Program-made: the position numbers and the translations under genes
In this document: positions 59,210-64,000 of the stretch, in pieces
Layout: every line of letters begins with the position of its first letter
How positions within the stretch are numbered: the first letter of the stretch is position 1
Notes under the pieces: generated by a model
Told to the model about the DNA's origin: nothing
Databases searched by the model: none
Seen by the model: the letters and a program-made list of their open reading frames with translations, nothing else
IMG/VR virus record: IMGVR_UViG_3300019872_000002
Coordinates: 1-64,000 of that record
Origin: a virus
Lineage: Duplodnaviria; Caudoviricetes
Reading direction: 5' to 3' (one strand)
Length of the DNA: 64,000 nucleotides

Positions 59210-60087
59210 AATGGTAAATGAATTTGTGTAGGTAAAATTTTATTATTCTTTTTTAGATTATCCAGCTTCCATAAAGGTTGTAAATTACGATAATGACAAA
59301 GATGTTTTACTTCTTCCACATTTTTTGCAGAATGTATTGGTATTTTATGGTCTATATGTATTTCTGAACCTATTTTTTCCCAAGACATTCCTTCTGTAAA
59401 CTGCCTCTCAATATGAGCTTTTGCTGTTTTAAAGTCACATCCTAATATTTCAAATGATTTACCTGTTTTTCCCCATCCCTTTGACTGAAATGCCCTATAA
59501 ACCCCTGATCTAAGTAATTCTTTAAATCTATGTAATGGATCAGATTCCCTTCTTTGTTTGGAAATCTCCCTCCGCCTCTCTTTGTAATCTTGAAGATATT
59601 CTTTTCTCCTTCTTGAATTTTCAGGATCTAAGCTGTATTCCTTTGATTTTTTGTTTAACCTTTCCTTATTTTCCTTTTGCCACTTTTGCTTATATAATCG
59701 CTGTTGTTCTCTGACCTCTGATTTTTCTCTTTGTTTTTTGGAGTAAATTCGTTTTTTTTCCATAGACTCAGGATTTACTTTACCTTCTCTACGTCTTTGC
59801 TTTGCTTTTTCTTTTAAAACCTCTTTATTTTTATCATATAATTCTTTGAATATGTTTGGGTTTTTAGATTTTTTATTCTCATAACTCTTCTTGGTTATTG
59901 CTTTAACTTTATCTGGATTATGATCTCTCCAATTTTTTGCTCTAGCATTTGCTTCTTCCCTCGTTGGCTTCTTTAAATGTTTTTTATGACACTCTTTGCA
60001 ATCTGACTTACATCCGTCTGCCACTCTATTTTCTTTATAATAATCTTCTTTTGGTTTAGCTATACCGCATTTTGAACATACTCTCAT
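59206..60087 (-). CDS. HNH endonuclease with N-terminal Zn finger and basic helical region
   Basis: CSKC...CKSDCKEC; C-terminal IHIDHKIP...CHYRNLQPLWKLDNLKKN. Confidence 0.85.
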   Translation of the reverse strand: MRVCSKCGIAKPKEDYYKENRVADGCKSDCKECHKKHLKKPTREEANARAKNWRDHNPDKVKAITKKSYENKKSKNPNIFKELYDKNKEVLKEKAKQRRREGKVNPESMEKKRIYSKKQREKSEVREQQRLYKQKWQKENKERLNKKSKEYSLDPENSRRRKEYLQDYKERRREISKQRRESDPLHRFKELLRSGVYRAFQSKGWGKTGKSFEILGCDFKTAKAHIERQFTEGMSWEKIGSEIHIDHKIPIHSAKNVEEVKHLCHYRNLQPLWKLDNLKKNNKILPTQIHLPL

Positions 60088-60689
60088 ATAACCTGTCTTT
60101 TTACTGAATACTTTTCAGGGTAACTAATGATACGTTTTGACTCAACTAAAGCTGCTTCCCTAGCACTTTTAGAATCAGGGAATATGATAGCCTCAAGCTC
60201 TTTCAAATCTCTTCCTACAGCCCTTAAATCCTGTTTAATTTTAACTCTTTTTTTTAGATAAGCATCATCAGTCTCCCCCTCTTTTTGTGGTTTAACGGAC
60301 TCAAATGTTAGGAATGTAAAAGTGTCATTTGCCGTAACCCATTCAGTCCAATCAGTATTATGAAGCATTTGTAAGTACCTGGCCTTACACATAGCTACTC
60401 TTTCATGTTTGTAATAGAAAACTTCTATAAAGAAGTCTTTTTGTTCGGGTGTTTTAACGGGTATATCTAAAAAATCAAATAGAGAAGTTAGCATAGCCTC
60501 CCTATCGTTTATTTTAATCATAGGACTTTCAACATCACTTATAGCTATTGCAATTTTTATCTCGTTATCATCGGTAATTAATTTAAATTCTGGAAATGCT
60601 GACAATTCCGGGAATTTATTAAGCATAGATTCTTCTTTACTACATTTAGTAAAATCTATAAGACATTTGCTAAAATCAAAATTATACAT
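60084..60689 (-). CDS. Hypothetical protein, possible terminase small subunit
   Basis: Position upstream of TerL only; no diagnostic motif. Confidence 0.4.
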   Translation of the reverse strand: MYNFDFSKCLIDFTKCSKEESMLNKFPELSAFPEFKLITDDNEIKIAIAISDVESPMIKINDREAMLTSLFDFLDIPVKTPEQKDFFIEVFYYKHERVAMCKARYLQMLHNTDWTEWVTANDTFTFLTFESVKPQKEGETDDAYLKKRVKIKQDLRAVGRDLKELEAIIFPDSKSAREAALVESKRIISYPEKYSVKRQVI

Positions 60690-61587
60690 TTACCAATCTC
60701 CTTTTCTCCAAGCTTAGTTGCTTAAAATCGAATCCCTCTTCGCAGATGAAGTGAATATCTTTCCGTTGAATGAGATGTAGTATTTTGTCGCTGATGATTT
60801 GATGGGTTTCAAATTCAAGTTTTTGGCATAACCTGGGATCATAAACTATTTTTTCATTCAGATTTAACACCTGCGTACAATCTGTTTTTTCTTTGTGCTG
60901 GAGATATCCCCTGCATCTTGTTCCTGCCAGTAATATTTTACCGATCTGATTTTTCTTTGTCTTCTTTAATTTAAACTTTGGAGCGATTGTTACCAATCCT
61001 GATGAATGCTCTATAAATTCCTTACCGTCTTCTCTGAGGATATCAATTTCTTCCGGTTCAACCAATAGATATCCGTTAAGCATTTTCTTTGGCTTATTTT
61101 CTTCCCCCAATACCATCTGAAGCATGTCGTATTTAATGAGGTACATTTCACCAAAATCAGTTTCGACAACCATACGTTCGTCTTTAGCTTTTTTATGAGC
61201 TAAGTAAGTAAACATAACCCTGTCTCCCTTCTCAACTTCCATGTCTACATCATAAAGCACTGAGTCCGCTGTCTCCTGAGCTATATGCCTATGAATGCTG
61301 ATATTTATTGGCACTGCTGTTCCATCTATAATAGCGAAACATGAGTTCTTTTTTAAGCTATCTATCTCTGTCAGGTTAAATCTTAAAGAATCAGGCACTG
61401 AGTATACGGTTCCCATTACGCTTAAATTACGCTCTTTTATGGAAATCTTCTCTCCTTTTTCGTATTTAAAGTCAGGAGCAATAAGTCCAAGCTCTTTTCC
61501 AGCGATTTGATAGGTTTCTACTTGCGGATCAGGAAGGACAAGGACGAAGTTGCTCATGCACTTAAACGTTTTCAAATTTATTTTCAT
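60682..61587 (-). CDS. Tandem GroES-like co-chaperonin
   Basis: Two repeats of a GroES pattern: NFVLVLP...GTV...VEKGDRV...YLIKYD and NGYLLVEP...SSGL...GKIL.AG...KIVY...LIQRKDI. Confidence 0.65.
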   Translation of the reverse strand: MKINLKTFKCMSNFVLVLPDPQVETYQIAGKELGLIAPDFKYEKGEKISIKERNLSVMGTVYSVPDSLRFNLTEIDSLKKNSCFAIIDGTAVPINISIHRHIAQETADSVLYDVDMEVEKGDRVMFTYLAHKKAKDERMVVETDFGEMYLIKYDMLQMVLGEENKPKKMLNGYLLVEPEEIDILREDGKEFIEHSSGLVTIAPKFKLKKTKKNQIGKILLAGTRCRGYLQHKEKTDCTQVLNLNEKIVYDPRLCQKLEFETHQIISDKILHLIQRKDIHFICEEGFDFKQLSLEKRRLVNV

Positions 61588-61880
61588 CGTACAGCTACTC
61601 CTTTCAATTCTCTTAATGTAAATCCTTCCGGGTGAACATCATAAATTTTTCCGTCTTCAAAAAATAAAGCATGGACAAATATTTTGTCTATTTTAATCAC
61701 CCGGCTTTTTATTTTTGATTTGAAAATCTTAGAATAAACTTCTTTCTTTTCAACTTTGGTATAATTCTCCAATTCATCTTCATAAACCTCAAAAGTAACA
61801 GGGACAATTAGCCCACCTTCTGATCTTGTAAAACTTTTAGCCTTGTTCCTCATAACTGCTTGGTCTTCCATATAATTCAT
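61584..61880 (-). CDS. Hypothetical protein
   Basis: Coupled ORF; no motif recognised. Confidence 0.6.
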   Translation of the reverse strand: MNYMEDQAVMRNKAKSFTRSEGGLIVPVTFEVYEDELENYTKVEKKEVYSKIFKSKIKSRVIKIDKIFVHALFFEDGKIYDVHPEGFTLRELKGVAVR

Positions 61881-62553
61881 TTAATAATTTAATCATGTCA
61901 GTATTCATAACTCCATCTGCTGTACTAAAAAACTTTTTGTTCTTTAGCCTTTCTTTTAGCTGATGGTATTTCATTGGCACATGTATCTTGTAATCGCCTC
62001 CATATTCTCCTGGTACTCCATTAATATTGCAATAAATACTTTTTATCACGTATCCGAATGGAACTTCCCAATTCATACACACAAATGTAGCAGAAAATTT
62101 GCGCTTGTTGTAGATGATCGGAAAATGGGTATCGTAGTCCAGTGTGGGCTTGCCTTGTGATAGCAAATACTTCCGGCTATGATTAAGCGAACGTCTATAG
62201 TCAACGTTCGCCTTTTTCATCGTATCCATCAGCTCACCTTTGTGCAAATAGGGAATTGTTTCAAGTTCCTCAAGAAGATAGTGGTCATCATTCATGAAGA
62301 TAAAGTTCTCTGATACCCGGTCATCATTGCAAGCAGCAAGTATCTTTCGATATATATTCCTCTCCTTCCATTCTTTTCCTTTTTCATCTTTGCAATGGAT
62401 GTATTTTAAGCCTTGTAACGAGTTTATTTTTTCTCCACATATAAACACTTCACTTTCAAGTTTTAATTTATCTTGCAAGCTCCTAAGTGCGTATACCAGC
62501 TCTGTATTACCATACTTTGATTCTGACTTTATTGGAATAACTACTGAGATCAT
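61837..62553 (-). CDS. Stealth-like / GT-A nucleotide-sugar transferase
   Basis: ELVYALRSL...VFICG...VSENFIFMNDDHYLL resembles Stealth CR2. ATG at 62553 is preferred. Confidence 0.6.
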   Translation of the reverse strand: MISVVIPIKSESKYGNTELVYALRSLQDKLKLESEVFICGEKINSLQGLKYIHCKDEKGKEWKERNIYRKILAACNDDRVSENFIFMNDDHYLLEELETIPYLHKGELMDTMKKANVDYRRSLNHSRKYLLSQGKPTLDYDTHFPIIYNKRKFSATFVCMNWEVPFGYVIKSIYCNINGVPGEYGGDYKIHVPMKYHQLKERLKNKKFFSTADGVMNTDMIKLLNELYGRPSSYEEQG

Positions 62554-62557
62554 GATT

Positions 62558-63268
62558 TTAGAATAATACTTGTTGAATATTGTTATAGTGTGTTGGTTCA
62601 TTTGTCCATATTCCTTCTGTGGTTTTATTTAAGCTACCATGACAAATACCTATAGGCACAAAGTTCATCCATGTTGCTTTCATATTCTCACATACTATTA
62701 CTTGTCCTTCTCTGGATTTGCACCAATTAGCTAAAGATATAAAATCTATTTTTTTGTTATTCATCACATATGACTGTCCTCCATATTGGTATGGAGGGTC
62801 AATAAAGTGAGTTGCAATTTTATTCTCGAGCTCGAGATAATCTGTGCAGACAAATTTCCAATGTTTTATTTTCCATATATTTTCAGCTATCCTCTGTAAA
62901 TTGAATTTTATATGATTATGTCTATCTGTAGTTTTTCTGTATCCGGCCGTAAGGCGAGGACGTTCAGCACCACACCCAATTATAAAACCAAATAAATCTT
63001 TAGCTTCTTGACAATCAAATTTTATGTCCTTCAATAAATCTCCATGCTTAAGTTTATGTGGCATTTTCATTATATCATTTGAAGAGCAGCTTTGTAACCA
63101 TTTCCAAATATTTATAATTACCGGATACTTATCTACTAAAATTACCTCCTTTTCAAAATATTTTAAAGAATATCTAGCAGTGCCGGCAAATGGTTCTATA
63201 ATTAAGTCATGTTTAGGCTTAGGATATAAGTCAACTAGATTTGTTTTTGCTCCATAATAACTCCACAT
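62558..63268 (-). CDS. Dam-like DNA adenine methyltransferase
   Basis: YYGAKT, IEPFAGTA, VDKYP and FIDPPY. Confidence 0.88.
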   Translation of the reverse strand: MWSYYGAKTNLVDLYPKPKHDLIIEPFAGTARYSLKYFEKEVILVDKYPVIINIWKWLQSCSSNDIMKMPHKLKHGDLLKDIKFDCQEAKDLFGFIIGCGAERPRLTAGYRKTTDRHNHIKFNLQRIAENIWKIKHWKFVCTDYLELENKIATHFIDPPYQYGGQSYVMNNKKIDFISLANWCKSREGQVIVCENMKATWMNFVPIGICHGSLNKTTEGIWTNEPTHYNNIQQVLF

Positions 63269-63270
63269 GC

Positions 63271-63615
63271 TTATTGTCTCCTTTTAATCTGTTTGTTTGC
63301 TGGGGTGAATACCGGGGGAGGAAGATAACTGTAGTCTATGTTTAATTCTTCTGAACTATAGCACTCTATCTTGTAGCTTATTCCTCCTGGATTATTTAAT
63401 GTTTGTATAAACTTTGAAAATGGAATTACTTTTTTGAATTTTGTATAGTCATCACTGAATAGGAAATCATCAAAATTATCTATCCTTTTCTTTAGCATCA
63501 CGTAGAATTTATACAAATCTTCTCTGTCATGCCGAATAGTGTAATAAGTGTTGAAATCCAAAGAACATAGCTTATTAAACATTTCCTTTTCATACTCATC
63601 ATACACGCCTTTCAT
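63271..63615 (-). CDS. Hypothetical protein
   Basis: Coupled ORF. Confidence 0.6.
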   Translation of the reverse strand: MKGVYDEYEKEMFNKLCSLDFNTYYTIRHDREDLYKFYVMLKKRIDNFDDFLFSDDYTKFKKVIPFSKFIQTLNNPGGISYKIECYSSEELNIDYSYLPPPVFTPANKQIKRRQ

Positions 63616-64000
63616 TTGCTATCAATAATTTTATTCAACAATATTTTTTCATTCTTTAGCTCCTCAATCTCTTTTTTTAGAACCAAATTCTCTCTTGCAG
63701 ATTTCCTGAGTAGTAATTTCATTTGATTATTATTGGATGCTATTCTGCTAAAATAATCAAAGGATGAATTTAATACCTTCAAACGCTCATGTTGCTGGGT
63801 TGATCTTTCTGTTGGAGGATTTTTTTCTAAGTGAATAAGTAAATCGCTCTCCATTTCTGCAACAACCCCTTTGGCTATCATGATCTTCATCCAATTATCA
63901 ACATGATCGTCAAGTTCTGCTAAATAAACCTCAGAAAGCCCTAAGTAATAAATTTCTGTTGGAGTCAGCTTCTGTTCTCTCCATTCGTCTTGTTCGTGTG
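63612..64000 (-). CDS. 5'-truncated hypothetical coiled-coil protein
   Basis: The frame of the listed 63612..63890 ORF stays open to the window end (HEQDEWREQKLTPTEIYY...). Confidence 0.7.
   Translation of the reverse strand, partial: HEQDEWREQKLTPTEIYYLGLSEVYLAELDDHVDNWMKIMIAKGVVAEMESDLLIHLEKNPPTERSTQQHERLKVLNSSFDYFSRIASNNNQMKLLLRKSARENLVLKKEIEELKNEKILLNKIIDSK

Noticed and set aside
1-64000. Stop-codon reassignment (TAG/TGA recoding as in some crAss-like phages)
   Set aside because: Long genes are open under code 11, TAG and TGA are used as normal stops abutting the next start, and the single internal stop found is TAA.
1-64000. CRISPR array, DGR template/variable repeats, invertible repeats, IS elements, integrase
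   Set aside because: No spaced direct repeats, reverse transcriptase, transposase or tyrosine/serine recombinase motifs were seen by eye. Short or degenerate cases could be missed.

Overview
The whole window is one continuous stretch of a tailed dsDNA phage or prophage genome. A Bacteroidota host is inferred from TAnnTTTG promoter boxes, an Hc1-like 'histone H1' gene and a Bacteroidota-type SSB. Two arms converge on a terminator at about 22614-22646. The + strand arm (1-22590) is an early/middle region of many small ORFs: two DNA methyltransferases, a putative Rep-like initiator behind a highly structured leader, an XRE regulator, a Sak/Rad52-like annealase with a YqaJ exonuclease, a DEDDh exonuclease, a RuvC-like resolvase, SSB and an enlarged tRNA-like element. 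The - strand arm (22676-64000) is a podovirus-type late region with crAss-like gene order: TerL, a glycosyltransferase, portal, scaffold, major capsid, ring/tail-tube proteins, a nozzle split in two, three ejection proteins, tail fibres with an SGNH esterase, and a lysis cassette with an M15 endolysin, holin-like genes, a spanin-like lipoprotein and a zincin. Upstream of TerL lie an HNH nuclease, a tandem GroES, a Stealth-like transferase and a third, Dam-like methyltransferase. No integrase, DNA polymerase, primase/helicase or virion RNA polymerase is visible in the window. Three genes carry lesions (an A10 tract, a G7 tract, an in-frame TAA) that may be assembly errors, prophage decay or phase variation. 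All family assignments come from motifs read by eye; no database searches were run.
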